The position numbers were made by a program, and so were the translations under genes. From NCBI RefSeq assembly GCF_001457595.1, contig NZ_LN831039.1:4050001-4082000 (forward strand): 32,000 nt of DNA. The letters are read 5' to 3'. Positions 19,890 through 29,646 of this stretch are shown here, piece after piece (position 1 is the first letter of the stretch; each line of letters starts with the position of its first letter). The stretch is from Mycolicibacterium smegmatis (GTDB lineage: Bacteria > Actinomycetota > Actinomycetes > Mycobacteriales > Mycobacteriaceae). A model generated the notes under the pieces. That model was not told the origin of the DNA, did not search any database, and saw nothing but the letters and a program-made list of their open reading frames with translations.

Positions 19890-21194
19890 ATGTCCGTCCA
19901 ACTGCTCTCCATCGCCGTGCTGGTGGCGGTGTTCATCATCTCCACGGTGTTCAACGTGCACATGGGTGCACTGGCGTTCGTCGCCACTTTTGTCGTCGGG
20001 ATCGGTTTGACCGACCTGTCTGAGAAGGAGATCATCGCCGGGTTCCCTGCCGGCCTGTTCGTGATCCTCGTCGGCGTGACGTATCTCTTCGCCATCGCCA
20101 AGGCCAACGGCGCCATCGACTGGCTCGTCGACTCCGCGGTCAACCTGGTGCGCGGACGTGTGTGGGCATTTCCGTGGATCATGTTCGTGCTCGCGGCCGG
20201 CCTCGCCGGGGTGGGCGCCGTTCCTCCGGCGGCGGTGGCGATCATCGCGCCGACGGCCATGCGGATCGCCCATCGCTACGGCATCAGCCCGTTGCTCATG
20301 GGCCTCATGGTCGCCAACGGCGTGTCCGCAGGCGAGTTCTCGCCGATCGGCCTGTTCGGGATCATCGTCAACGACGTCGCCGTATCCAACGGCGTCACGT
20401 CGTCGCCAATCCTGTTGTTCGCGAGTTGTTTCGCGGTCAACGCCATCATGTGCTACGCGCTGTGTGTCGTGATCAACCGACGCGCACGCCGTCACGACAA
20501 GGCCGATGAGTCCCTCGAAACCGGTGGCCCCACTCCCCCACGCGGTGGGACCGGGGTGCGAGTGGTGGACGCCGATGTCGCCGTGGCTGTCCGACCGCCG
20601 ATGACCCGCTCGGTAGCCACGACCCTTGCCGGGCTCCTGGTGATGGTGGGCATTGTGGCGTGCACTGAACTCGACATCGGTTTTGTGGCAATGACTCTCG
20701 CGGTGATCCTCAGCATTCTGTCTCCGGAGGCGGCAAAGGAGGCATTGCCGAAGATCGCGTGGCCGTCGGTCTTCCTGATCGTCGGGATCGTCACCTACGT
20801 CGGTCTGCTGCAGGAACTCGGGACCGTCACCTACGTGTCCGACGCGGTGGCGCATCTGCAGTCGCCGCTGTTGATCGCCCTGCTCATCTGCGTCATCGGC
20901 GCGGTGGTCTCGGCGTTCGCCTCGACCACCGGAATCCTCGGCGCTCTGGTGCCGTTGGCGGTGCCGTTCCTGTTGTCGGGCGAGGTGTCATCGATTGCGA
21001 TGATCATCGCGCTGAGTCTGTCCTCGTCGATCGTCGACGCGTCACCGTTCTCGACGTCAGGAGCGCTGATAGCCGCCAACGCCGCCGAGGAAGACCGCGA
21101 CCGCGTCATGAGCCAGCTGCTGCGCTGGGGGATGTCGATGATCGTCGTCGCGCCGGTCGTATCCTGGGCCGTTTTCGTCCTGCCCGGTTGGTGA
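19890..21194 (+). CDS. SLC13/MatC-like dicarboxylate transporter (ion transporter superfamily)
   Basis: Highly hydrophobic, FNVHMGALAFVATFVVG..., EFSPIGLFGIIVND, ASTTGILGALVPLAVPFLL, SSSIVDASPFSTSGAL are characteristic of the MatC/IT superfamily. Confidence 0.82.
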   Translation: MSVQLLSIAVLVAVFIISTVFNVHMGALAFVATFVVGIGLTDLSEKEIIAGFPAGLFVILVGVTYLFAIAKANGAIDWLVDSAVNLVRGRVWAFPWIMFVLAAGLAGVGAVPPAAVAIIAPTAMRIAHRYGISPLLMGLMVANGVSAGEFSPIGLFGIIVNDVAVSNGVTSSPILLFASCFAVNAIMCYALCVVINRRARRHDKADESLETGGPTPPRGGTGVRVVDADVAVAVRPPMTRSVATTLAGLLVMVGIVACTELDIGFVAMTLAVILSILSPEAAKEALPKIAWPSVFLIVGIVTYVGLLQELGTVTYVSDAVAHLQSPLLIALLICVIGAVVSAFASTTGILGALVPLAVPFLLSGEVSSIAMIIALSLSSSIVDASPFSTSGALIAANAAEEDRDRVMSQLLRWGMSMIVVAPVVSWAVFVLPGW

Positions 21195-21198
21195 CCCG

Positions 21199-21242
21199 AG
21201 TGCGATACGCGGCGCGAGGCCTCACGCGCCGCGTATCGCACT
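21199..21242. terminator. Perfect 18-bp inverted repeat with 8-nt loop directly after the transporter stop; putative intrinsic (I-shaped) terminator
   Basis: AGTGCGATACGCGGCGCG - AGGCCTCA - CGCGCCGCGTATCGCACT, arms 21199-21216 and 21225-21242; no U-tract follows. Confidence 0.8.
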
Positions 21243-21272
21243 GCGGTGGCACCATGGGTGGGCGTGACGTCT

Positions 21273-21776
21273 ATGGACCGGGCGATGCCGCCCCTGAACG
21301 GTGATGAACGCACGACGTTGGTGGGCTGGCTGGACTTCTACCGCGCGACCCTGGCTGCCAAATGCGAAGGCCTCACCGATGAGCAGGTTCGCATCGCTTC
21401 GGTGGAACCGTCGGAGATCACGCTTCTGGGTTTGGTGCAGCATGCCGCAGAGGTGGAACGAAACTGGTTTCGGCGGGTGCTGACGGGCGAACAACTGCCC
21501 CCGATTTTCGGATCCACTCCCCATCCCGAGGGCCACGACAGTGGATTCGAGCTGTCACCGGAATCGTCCTACCGAGCGGCGATCACGATCTGGCAGGACG
21601 AGATCCGGCATGCGCCCGCCAATATCGCAGAGCGCGAACTCGATGACACCAGCCCGTTCATGCAGACCGAGGTGACCCTGCGGTGGATCGTCGTCCACAT
21701 GATCGCAGAATACGCGCGGCACTGTGGGCACGCCGACCTGATCCGTGAACGTATCGACGGGCGCACAGGCGTCTGA
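21273..21776 (+). CDS. DinB family protein (DUF664-type)
   Basis: LVGWLDFYRATLAAKCEGLTDEQ...SEITLLGLVQHAAEVERNWFRRVLTGE...TLRWIVVHMIAEYARHCGHADLIRERIDG; ATG at 21273 preferred. Confidence 0.88.
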   Translation: MDRAMPPLNGDERTTLVGWLDFYRATLAAKCEGLTDEQVRIASVEPSEITLLGLVQHAAEVERNWFRRVLTGEQLPPIFGSTPHPEGHDSGFELSPESSYRAAITIWQDEIRHAPANIAERELDDTSPFMQTEVTLRWIVVHMIAEYARHCGHADLIRERIDGRTGV

Positions 21777-21817
21777 TTCACGCTGCTTCGGCAACGAGGG
21801 TCGTGCCCGGCAGGCCG

Positions 21818-24532
21818 CTACCGATGGGCGACGGTGTGTCCGCCTTTGGGTTCCTCTCCTGCGAGAGCTGCACGCGCCTTCCGTCGACGGACCATGAACT
21901 TCTCCAACTCGACCACTCCGAACACAGGTGCACCGACAGCGGCGGCCTTGATCCAGTCGACGTATCCGAGCGGTGTGGATCCGAACACCGCGTTCATCGC
22001 CGGGGCGTAGGTGAACACGAGCTGGAGTGCCGTACAGGCAACCACGGTCGCGAAAGCGATCTTGTTGCCGAACAACCCGATCCTGTTGAGGACAGGTTCG
22101 AGGAGGAAGCGATTGTTGAGAAGATAGAACATCTCGGCGGCCACGATCGCGTTGACCGCCATGGTGCGTGCGGTCTCGACGCTTGTGCCCGAACGCAACT
22201 CCCAGAGAAACATGCCGAGTGCTCCGCCTGCCATCAGCACCGAGACGAGTAGGACTCGCCAAGCGAAGTGTCGCGACAGCAGACTCTCACTCGGGGCGCG
22301 GGGTTTGCGGCGCATCACGCCGGCCTCCGGCGGTTCGAAGGCAAGCGCCAGACCGAGTGTGCTGGAGGTGACGAGGTTGATCCACAGCACCTGTGCGGGA
22401 GTCAACGGCAGGGTGAACTGGAAGAGAATGGCCGCAATCACGACCAACGCTTCTCCTCCGTTGGTGGGCAACATGAACAAGACGAATTTCCGGATGTTGT
22501 CGTAGACGGTGCGCCCTTCTGACACCGCGGCAGCAATGGTGGCGAAGTTGTCGTCCGCCAGCACCATGTCCGCAGCCTCCTTCGCCGCTTCGGTGCCTCG
22601 ACAACCCATCGCAATACCGACGTCTGCTTTCTTCAGTGCCGGCGAGTCGTTGACGCCGTCGCCGGTCATGGCCACCACTTCACCGCCGGCTTGAAGAGCT
22701 CGCACCAGGCGCAGTTTGTGCTCCGGGCTGGCCCGCGCGAAGATATCCCGTTCTTGCACAACCGTTTGCAGATCTGTGTCGTTCAGCGAGGCAATCTCGG
22801 AGCCGATCACCGCCGGCTTCCCGATGCCGATGCCGAGCTGCGCCCCGATCTCACGAGCGGTCGCCGCATGGTCGCCGGTGATCATTTTCACCCGGATACC
22901 TGCGCGGTGACACTCTCGCACGGCGGCCGCGACCTCAGGACGCAACGCGTCGATGATGCCCACCAGACCCAACATGGTGAATCCCGAATCGAGGTCGGCG
23001 ATGTCGAGGGTGCCGGCATTTCGTGGAGCTTCGCACCGACGGGCGATCGCAAGAACCCGTAACCCCTGCGCTGCGGTGGTCGCAGCCATGCGCTGCCAGT
23101 AAAGCCGGTCTAGAGGCTCCTCGCAGTGGGGAGACCGCTGACTGTCACAGATGTCCAGGACGCGCTCGGGTGCGCCTTTGACCACGATCAGCGGGGTGCG
23201 GTCGACATCGCTGTGCAGAGTGCCCATGATCCGGTTTTCCGACGCGAATGGCACGGTGGTGACCCGCGAATGTGAGACCGTCTCGCGGTCGTGATCGAGA
23301 CCGGCCTTCTTGGCCACCACGAGCAGCGCTGCCTCGGTCGGGTCGCCCGTGATCACCCAGACCTCATCCTCTACGTCGAGAGATGCGTCGTTGCAAAGCG
23401 AAGCAGCCAGGAGGGCTTCCATCAGGGCCGGATAGCGGCAGGGATCGATCACCCGTCCGTCGATGCTGAAATCACCCACAGGCGCATACCCGACGCCTCC
23501 GACGTCTATGTCGTGGCCTCCGCAGACCACTCGCTGGACCGTCATCTCGTTGCTGGTGAGCGTGCCCGTCTTGTCCGTGCAGATGACCGTCACCGAGCCG
23601 AGCGCCTCGACGGCCGGCAGCCGGCGCACGATGGCGCGTCGCCGCGACATACGCTGGACCCCGATCGCCAAGGTGACCGTCATGATGGCCGGGAGCCCTT
23701 CCGGGATCGCCGATGCGGCCAGAGCCACTGTCATCATGAACATCTCCGTGAGGGTCTCCCCTCGCCAGATCACCCCCAACGCGTAGGTGGCGGCACTGAG
23801 CAACAGGATCACAACCGCCAGCACCCGACCGAACCGGCTGATCTGACGCAACAGCGGAGTTGCCGTCGGTGCAACTCCGGTGAGCAGGTGGTTGATCCGC
23901 CCAAGTTCGGTCTGGGCACCCGTGCCAACGACAACTCCGGTGGCCTGGCCGTGGACGGCAAGCGTTCCCGAATACGCCATGCTTCGTCGGTCCGGTAGCG
24001 AGGTATCTTCGTCGTCCACGCCGATGGTCTTCCAGACCGGTGCAGACTCGCCCGTCAGCGGGGCCTCGTCGACCTGTAGTCCGTCGACACCGATCAATCG
24101 GAGGTCGGCGGGGATGCGATCGCCTGCCGCCAACTGAACGACGTCTCCGGGAACGAGCTCGACCGCCTCGACGTCCAGTGTCCGACCGTTGCGAGTCACC
24201 GTTGCGTGTGGTGACATCATCGCCCGGATGGCATCCAGGGCTGCCTGGGCCCTGCCTTCCTGAACGTAGGCGATGACGACGTTGATGAGGACCGCGGCGA
24301 ACAACACCGCGGCGTCGACCCAGTGCTGAAGCACCGCAGTCACAATCGCGGCGCAGGACATCACATAGATGAGCACATTGTGGAATTGACGAATGAACCG
24401 CACCAATGCGCTCTGTTTCCGGACTGCGGCGAGTCTGTTCCAACCATGAACGGCGCGACGCCGCTCCACCTCACTGTCGGTGAGACCGCTCCTGCCGGCG
24501 CCGAGGGCGTCGAGCACTTCGTCGGGTTGCAT
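21818..24532 (-). CDS. ctpF: P2-type cation-transporting ATPase, CtpF-like
   Basis: MQPDEVLDALGAGRSGLTDSEVERRRAVHGWNRL, LTGESAPVWK, ICTDKTGTLTSNEMT, KGAPE, MTGDGVNDSPALKKADVGIAMG, ASAIPEGLPAIMT. N-terminal extension to 24679 in the ORF track is unlikely. Confidence 0.9.
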   Translation of the reverse strand: MQPDEVLDALGAGRSGLTDSEVERRRAVHGWNRLAAVRKQSALVRFIRQFHNVLIYVMSCAAIVTAVLQHWVDAAVLFAAVLINVVIAYVQEGRAQAALDAIRAMMSPHATVTRNGRTLDVEAVELVPGDVVQLAAGDRIPADLRLIGVDGLQVDEAPLTGESAPVWKTIGVDDEDTSLPDRRSMAYSGTLAVHGQATGVVVGTGAQTELGRINHLLTGVAPTATPLLRQISRFGRVLAVVILLLSAATYALGVIWRGETLTEMFMMTVALAASAIPEGLPAIMTVTLAIGVQRMSRRRAIVRRLPAVEALGSVTVICTDKTGTLTSNEMTVQRVVCGGHDIDVGGVGYAPVGDFSIDGRVIDPCRYPALMEALLAASLCNDASLDVEDEVWVITGDPTEAALLVVAKKAGLDHDRETVSHSRVTTVPFASENRIMGTLHSDVDRTPLIVVKGAPERVLDICDSQRSPHCEEPLDRLYWQRMAATTAAQGLRVLAIARRCEAPRNAGTLDIADLDSGFTMLGLVGIIDALRPEVAAAVRECHRAGIRVKMITGDHAATAREIGAQLGIGIGKPAVIGSEIASLNDTDLQTVVQERDIFARASPEHKLRLVRALQAGGEVVAMTGDGVNDSPALKKADVGIAMGCRGTEAAKEAADMVLADDNFATIAAAVSEGRTVYDNIRKFVLFMLPTNGGEALVVIAAILFQFTLPLTPAQVLWINLVTSSTLGLALAFEPPEAGVMRRKPRAPSESLLSRHFAWRVLLVSVLMAGGALGMFLWELRSGTSVETARTMAVNAIVAAEMFYLLNNRFLLEPVLNRIGLFGNKIAFATVVACTALQLVFTYAPAMNAVFGSTPLGYVDWIKAAAVGAPVFGVVELEKFMVRRRKARAALAGEEPKGGHTVAHR

Positions 24533-24578
24533 TGTGTGCCAATTATTCTCGATCGAAATCGCTACAGCATCCGCCGAC

Positions 24579-24598
24579 CGTCGCACGAAAGTCCGTGG
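24579..24598 (-). promoter_or_regulatory. Possible DosR-box-like sequence upstream of ctpF
   Basis: Reverse strand CCACGGACTTTCGTGCGACG; 10 of 14 core positions agree with GGGACTWWAGTCCC; lies 47 nt upstream of the ATG. Confidence 0.4.
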
Positions 24599-24620
24599 TC
24601 TGCTACACACATCGACTCCT

Positions 24621-25088
24621 CTACACATCGCGCACAGCCTCGTGCAAGCCGGCCTCGCGCAAAATGACCGCCACAACATCAGGCACGGCCCCCGCGACCG
24701 CGTCCGTCATCCCGAATCCGTACCCGACATCGACCACATCCACGGTCAAGACGATGAGCCGACCCGGTGACTGCCCGAGGGCCTCTCCCAGCCGATACGC
24801 CCCGGCTAAACCGAGTGCGTGGGAGCTCACGCCGCCCAAATCGCGGGGCAGGTCGGCCGGCGTCCACCGGCGGACCGTGCCGGGAGTCGCAGAAGGCGAG
24901 ACCGCGGCGTCGACGGCGATGACGGTCGGTACCCCCGCCCACGCGTCGAGCAACTCCCCTGGGTCACCTGAGGTCACCATCGCCTCGACACCGGGCAACC
25001 GCCGTTGGGCGATCTCGTGCACGGCGGCGATACCGACTCCGTCGTCGCGACGGGCCTCGTTGCCGATTCCGATGACCAGTACCGTCAT
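24621..25088 (-). CDS. [NiFe]-hydrogenase maturation protease (HybD/HyaD-type)
   Basis: [34 protein letters not shown]...ELLDAWAGVPTVIAVDAAVS...SSHALGLAGAYRLGEALG; start overlaps the large subunit stop. Confidence 0.9.
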   Translation of the reverse strand: MTVLVIGIGNEARRDDGVGIAAVHEIAQRRLPGVEAMVTSGDPGELLDAWAGVPTVIAVDAAVSPSATPGTVRRWTPADLPRDLGGVSSHALGLAGAYRLGEALGQSPGRLIVLTVDVVDVGYGFGMTDAVAGAVPDVVAVILREAGLHEAVRDV

Positions 25089-26377
25089 CCGCGGTCCAGG
25101 GTAAGTGTGAGGAAATGGGTTGCGCATGAGATGCACGGATCATGGTTGCGAATGGCCCGCTCGCACAGTTGCGTCAGTTCTGCGTCGTCGCGATCCAGGT
25201 TCGCCGCGACCAGTACGGCGAGTTCGTGCTCGATGGCCGCCTGGTTCTGGGCGGTGGGTGGGATCAGCGTGGCGGTCCGGACCAGACCGTCGTGGCCGAT
25301 CTCATAACGGTGATAGAGCAGGCCGCGTGGCGCCTCGCTCACACCGTGCCCGACTCCGGCGCGGGCCGGTACCTCCACGAACGGTCGGGGCGGCTCCTGG
25401 TATTCGGCGATGATTCGCAGCGCTTCTTCGATCGCGAAGACCACCTCGACAGCACGTACGACGATGCTCCGGAACGGGTTTCGGCATTGTGCGCCGAGCC
25501 CGGCCGAGGTGGCGGCTTCACGCGCGGTCGGTGGCAGGTGGGCAGAGTTCAGTGAGTACCGGGCCAGCGGCCCGGTGAGGTAGCGCCCATCGTCCAAGGC
25601 AGCGTGCAGCGCGGTCGAGTGCGGCACTTGCGCCTCGCCGACGTGAGTGGTGAAGTCGGCGAGCGGAAATGACGGGCCGGCACTTCGGACGATCGCGCCG
25701 CTCTCGATCGGATAAGCGTCGGCGGTGCCGAGTGCCAGGAACTCGTGATCGAAAACGACATCGGGACAGTCGAGATCGGCGACTTCACGAACCGTGTACA
25801 GCGCGTCGTCGAGACTTTTGCGCAACAACGCGGCGAGAGATTTGAGGTCCCCTGGCTTCGGCGCCGAGTAGAACCCGCCGAGACGCACGTTGACCGGGTG
25901 GATGGCACGTCCACCGATCTGCTCCATGATCCTGTTCCCGGTCTTCTTCAGTGACAATCCGCGTTCGACCAACTCGGGATGCTCCCTCGCCAGGCTGATG
26001 CCGTCGGGATGCCCCAGGAAGTCCGGAAGGTGCAGCAGGAAGATGTGCAACGCGTGACTGTGGATCCACTCGCCGCAGTACAGCAACCGGCGCAGTTGCA
26101 CGATTTCCGGGTCCACCGTCACGCCGCAGGCATCTTCGATGGCATTGCACGCACTCACCTGGTACGCCACAGGGCAGATCCCGCAGACCCGCGCGGTCAG
26201 GTCGGGCGGTTCGGTATGAGCCCTTCCACGCAGGAACGCCTCGAAGAACCGCGGCGGCTCGTAGATGTTCAGCTGTGTCCCCACCACGGCGCCGTCGCGC
26301 AGCGTGACGTGCAGTGCGCCTTCACCTTCCACGCGGGCCAGGGCGCCGACCGACAACGTGCGTACCTCGGGGTTCAC
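25085..26377 (-). CDS. hyhL: [NiFe]-hydrogenase group 3b-type large (catalytic) subunit
   Basis: Both Ni-binding motifs present: [15 protein letters not shown] and [13 protein letters not shown] start at 26377 overlaps the small subunit stop. Confidence 0.92.
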   Translation of the reverse strand: MNPEVRTLSVGALARVEGEGALHVTLRDGAVVGTQLNIYEPPRFFEAFLRGRAHTEPPDLTARVCGICPVAYQVSACNAIEDACGVTVDPEIVQLRRLLYCGEWIHSHALHIFLLHLPDFLGHPDGISLAREHPELVERGLSLKKTGNRIMEQIGGRAIHPVNVRLGGFYSAPKPGDLKSLAALLRKSLDDALYTVREVADLDCPDVVFDHEFLALGTADAYPIESGAIVRSAGPSFPLADFTTHVGEAQVPHSTALHAALDDGRYLTGPLARYSLNSAHLPPTAREAATSAGLGAQCRNPFRSIVVRAVEVVFAIEEALRIIAEYQEPPRPFVEVPARAGVGHGVSEAPRGLLYHRYEIGHDGLVRTATLIPPTAQNQAAIEHELAVLVAANLDRDDAELTQLCERAIRNHDPCISCATHFLTLTLDRG

Positions 26378-27132
26378 CGGTCGTTCCGCTCGGCATCGAA
26401 ACGTGTGACGTTGAACGTCGAGAACACCCTGTCGACCTCGCCGTCGGTCATCCCGTCGCGGCGCAACAACCGGATGAGTGCTGCGGAGTTCGGCGTGGCT
26501 GCCGGCCCGAAACATCCATAGCAGCCGCGATGACACGACGGGCACAGCGCACCGCACCCGGCGTGGGTGACGGGCCCCAGGCACGGTATGGATTCGGCCA
26601 CCAGAACACACGTGATACCACGAAGCTTGCATTCGGCGCACACGGTCTTGGCCGGTAGCCGGGGTTTGCGTCCGATGAGGAGGGCTGCGAGTGTGTCCAG
26701 CAACTGGCCGCGGTCGATCGGACACCCTTGCAGTTGGTAGTCGACGCGCACATGCGCAGCGGGCGGTGTCGAGGTCGCGAGCGTCTCGATGTAGCCGGGT
26801 TGCGCGTAGACCACCGACAGGTACTCGTCGATGTCAGACATGTTGCGCAGCGCCTGGATTCCCCCGGCTGTCGCGCAGGCCCCGATGGTCACCAGGATCT
26901 TCGACTGCTCACGGATCTCCCTGATCCGTCGTTCGTCGGCAGGCGTGGTGATCGAGCCCTCGACCAGGGAGATGTCGTAGGGCCCGCCGGTGAACGCACT
27001 GGACGCTTCGAGGAACGTGGCGATCCGGACCTCGCCGGCGAGGGTCAGCAGTTCGTCCTCGCAGTCGAGCAACGTCAACTGGCAACCGTCACAGGAGGCG
27101 AATTTCCATACCGCCAGGGATGGCACGCTCAT
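26374..27132 (-). CDS. hyhS: [NiFe]-hydrogenase group 3b-type small subunit
   Basis: [22 protein letters not shown]...VEGSITTP...[19 protein letters not shown]...[17 protein letters not shown]...[27 protein letters not shown]. Confidence 0.92.
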   Translation of the reverse strand: MSVPSLAVWKFASCDGCQLTLLDCEDELLTLAGEVRIATFLEASSAFTGGPYDISLVEGSITTPADERRIREIREQSKILVTIGACATAGGIQALRNMSDIDEYLSVVYAQPGYIETLATSTPPAAHVRVDYQLQGCPIDRGQLLDTLAALLIGRKPRLPAKTVCAECKLRGITCVLVAESIPCLGPVTHAGCGALCPSCHRGCYGCFGPAATPNSAALIRLLRRDGMTDGEVDRVFSTFNVTRFDAERNDR

Positions 27133-27978
27133 CTACAACTCCTTCACCGCGAGCAGGGGATCCGCCACGTCGTAGCCGACCACCGGACCGTCGCGACACA
27201 GCAGCAGTGGCCCCAGTTGACAGTGCCCACACCATCCGATGCCGCATTGCATGTTGCGCTCCAGGGACACGCGAATGTCACTGGCCCGCAAACCTTTCCC
27301 CATCAACACTTCAGCACTGGCGCGCATCATGGGTTCCGGGCCGCACAGGTACGCCGTTGTGCGCTCAGGCCGGACCGGCAACCGGCGCAACGGTTCGGTG
27401 ACGAATCCGACCTCGCCCGGCCAGCCCTGTACCGGTATGTCGACGGTCAGGTGCACATCGATCGACCCGCGAGAACTCCACTGCCGCAGTTCCGGGGTGA
27501 AGAGGAAATCGTCGCGCGAGCGGGCACCGGCGATCACGGTCACTTGCCCGTACATGTGGCGACAGGCGAGCACATCGACGATGACCGGTCGCAGCGGCGC
27601 GAGGCCCACACCACCTGCGACGATCACCAGTTCCCGGCCTGTGGCCACTTCATGACCCCAGCCCGTCCCGAAAGGCCCACGCAAGCCGACGAGACTGCCG
27701 ACGGCAGCGTCCCGCAGCGCGGTGCTGACGGCTCCCACCGCGCGCACCGTGTGCGCGACGGTGGTCTCGGGTTCCGGCGAGATGCCGCTGACCGACACTG
27801 CGATCTCACCGATCCCGAAGGCGTACATCATCATGAACTCTCCGGGCCGCGGGGTCCTCAGCGCACCATTGACGGGGTCCAGGAAGAGCGTTGCCGAATC
27901 GCGGTTCTCGACGACGCGCTCGCGAACCCGGTACGGCACGGGTTCCATCGGCGCAGCGAGTTCAGCCGTCATGGTCAC
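27133..27978 (-). CDS. hyhG: Hydrogenase FAD/NAD(P)-binding subunit (sulfhydrogenase gamma-like)
   Basis: [21 protein letters not shown]...[11 protein letters not shown]...[12 protein letters not shown]...[11 protein letters not shown]...[18 protein letters not shown] (2Fe-2S). Confidence 0.9.
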   Translation of the reverse strand: MTMTAELAAPMEPVPYRVRERVVENRDSATLFLDPVNGALRTPRPGEFMMMYAFGIGEIAVSVSGISPEPETTVAHTVRAVGAVSTALRDAAVGSLVGLRGPFGTGWGHEVATGRELVIVAGGVGLAPLRPVIVDVLACRHMYGQVTVIAGARSRDDFLFTPELRQWSSRGSIDVHLTVDIPVQGWPGEVGFVTEPLRRLPVRPERTTAYLCGPEPMMRASAEVLMGKGLRASDIRVSLERNMQCGIGWCGHCQLGPLLLCRDGPVVGYDVADPLLAVKEL

Positions 27979-29065
27979 CGGCCAGATCGGCGAGGGTGGC
28001 CATCTCTTCGGTGATGTCGATTCCGGTGGGGCACCAGGCGATACATCGCCCGCATCCCACGCATCCGGTGGTGCCGAACTGATCGTGCCACGTGCCGAGC
28101 TTGTGGGTGATCCAGTGCCGGTATCGCGACGGTGCGGACTGCCGGACAGTGCCCTCGTGGATGAACGTGAAGTCCATCTCGAAACAGGATGCCCAGTTCA
28201 TCCACCGCTCGGCATGCTCGCCGGTGAGATCGGTGACGTCCTCGACGCTCGTGCAGAAGCATGTCGGACACACCATCGTGCAGTTGCCGCACGTCAGGCA
28301 CTGGCTTGCTACCTCGTTCCAATGAGGTGACTCACGGGACTCGATCAGCAGTTCACGAAGGTCACCGTCGGGCATCGCGCGGCCCATGTGTTCGGCGGCG
28401 GCGGCGATCGCGGTTTCCGCGGAGTCGATCTCAGCCTGCACGGCCGCGCGATGTGGCAACGTGTCGAGAACCTCTTCCCCTTCGTCGCTGCCGGTCTCGA
28501 CGAGGTAGTGAGGGCCGTCACCGTCGAGGCGTTCCGTGAGGGCCAGGTCGTACCCCGGGCCGAGGTGTGGCCCGGTGCCCATGGACGCGCAGAAGCACAA
28601 TCCGCCCGGCTCGGTGCAATTGACCGCCACGATGAACGCGCGGCGCAGCCGCCCGACGAATCCGCGGTCGGCGTACTCCCCCTCCCCCAGCACGCCGTTG
28701 AGTTTGTTGATCGCGGCGAGATCACAGGCTCGCACACCGATGAACGCGTAACGGGGCGGCTCCGGTGCAGGCGCGCCGTCCGATGACCACAGCCGCTGCC
28801 GCGCCGGATGAAGGAATTGTTTCCAGGACTGCGGGCCCGCGGAGTGGCCGAACAGAGCGGTGTCGCCGCGGCGACGCAACCGGTACCGGCCCGGCCCCAC
28901 GTCGACGCCCCATCCGCGGGGAAGATCGGCGCCGGAAGTCAGTTCGGCGAGCACGATCGAGTTGTCGGCGCAGGTAGGGCCGATCACCCGGTAGCCGCGG
29001 TCGATCAGCGTGGCCACCAGTCGGTGGATCCCCGCGGTGTCGATCACCGCCCTGTTCACGGCCAT
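27962..29065 (-). CDS. hyhB: Hydrogenase 4Fe-4S subunit (sulfhydrogenase beta-like)
   Basis: YAFIGVRACDLAAINKLNGVL... plus two ferredoxin motifs CLTCGNCTMVCPTCFC and CVGCGRCIAWCPTGID. ATG at 29065 preferred over 29098. Confidence 0.9.
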   Translation of the reverse strand: MAVNRAVIDTAGIHRLVATLIDRGYRVIGPTCADNSIVLAELTSGADLPRGWGVDVGPGRYRLRRRGDTALFGHSAGPQSWKQFLHPARQRLWSSDGAPAPEPPRYAFIGVRACDLAAINKLNGVLGEGEYADRGFVGRLRRAFIVAVNCTEPGGLCFCASMGTGPHLGPGYDLALTERLDGDGPHYLVETGSDEGEEVLDTLPHRAAVQAEIDSAETAIAAAAEHMGRAMPDGDLRELLIESRESPHWNEVASQCLTCGNCTMVCPTCFCTSVEDVTDLTGEHAERWMNWASCFEMDFTFIHEGTVRQSAPSRYRHWITHKLGTWHDQFGTTGCVGCGRCIAWCPTGIDITEEMATLADLAGDHDG

Positions 29066-29069
29066 GGCG

Positions 29070-29507
29070 TCACGGGCTGACGGTCTCCACCGCGACACGC
29101 TTCTCGGCGGCTGCCTCGGGTTCGGTCACCGGAACCGAGATCGTGAGGATGCCTTTGTCGTAACCGGCCTTGATCGCATCCTCATCAGCGCCGGGAGGCA
29201 GTGTCACCGAGCGCATGAACGATCCGTATGCGAACTCGGATCGCCCGTTGGTCTCCTTCTTCTCGGTGCGTTCGGCCTTGATGGTCAACACGCCGTCGCG
29301 AACCGTGATGTCGATGTCCTTGGCCGGGTCGATTCCCGGGACCTCGGCGCGCAGTTCGTAACCACCGTCTTTCATTTCGTCCTCGATCCGGATGATGTGG
29401 TCACCGAAAACCGGGCGGATCGAGGCCCACGACGGCAGACCCGCGAAGAAGTCGGACATCTCCGGAAAGAGCGAGCGTGCTCGTGATCGTTCAGGAAGTT
29501 TGGTCAT
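29070..29507 (-). CDS. Hsp20/alpha-crystallin family small heat shock protein
   Basis: IRIEDEMKDGGYELRAEVPGIDPAKDIDITVRDGVLTIKAERTEKKETNGRSEFAYGSFMRSVTLPPGADEDAIKAGYDKGILTISVPV. Confidence 0.95.
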   Translation of the reverse strand: MTKLPERSRARSLFPEMSDFFAGLPSWASIRPVFGDHIIRIEDEMKDGGYELRAEVPGIDPAKDIDITVRDGVLTIKAERTEKKETNGRSEFAYGSFMRSVTLPPGADEDAIKAGYDKGILTISVPVTEPEAAAEKRVAVETVSP

Positions 29508-29572
29508 CGGTCCTCCTCACTCGTAGGAATCGTTTCCACGTCAGTGATCCGACCACCTGGCACGGGTGACGG

Positions 29573-29592
29573 GTAGGGACCGAAGTCCCGTC
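29573..29592. promoter_or_regulatory. DosR (dormancy regulator) box
   Basis: GTAGGGACCGAAGTCCCGTC, close match to TTSGGGACTWWAGTCCCSAA, between divergent hsp20 and the ppsA-side genes. Confidence 0.78.
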
Positions 29593-29593
29593 A

Positions 29594-29613
29594 CCACGAA
29601 CTTTCGTCCCTGG
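29594..29613 (-). promoter_or_regulatory. Second, weaker DosR-box-like site
   Basis: Reverse strand CCAGGGACGAAAGTTCGTGG; strong GGGAC half-site and AGT.C in register. Confidence 0.5.
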
Positions 29614-29646
29614 TTTTCTGTCCCCGAAGTGACGAGATTTCGGGAT

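Noticed and set aside
19797-20855. 352-aa - strand ORF
   Set aside because: Antisense to the transporter; product is His/Asp/Arg-rich low complexity typical of reading opposite hydrophobic codons.
26728-28014. 428-aa + strand ORF
   Set aside because: Antisense to the well-supported hydrogenase small and FAD/NAD subunits.
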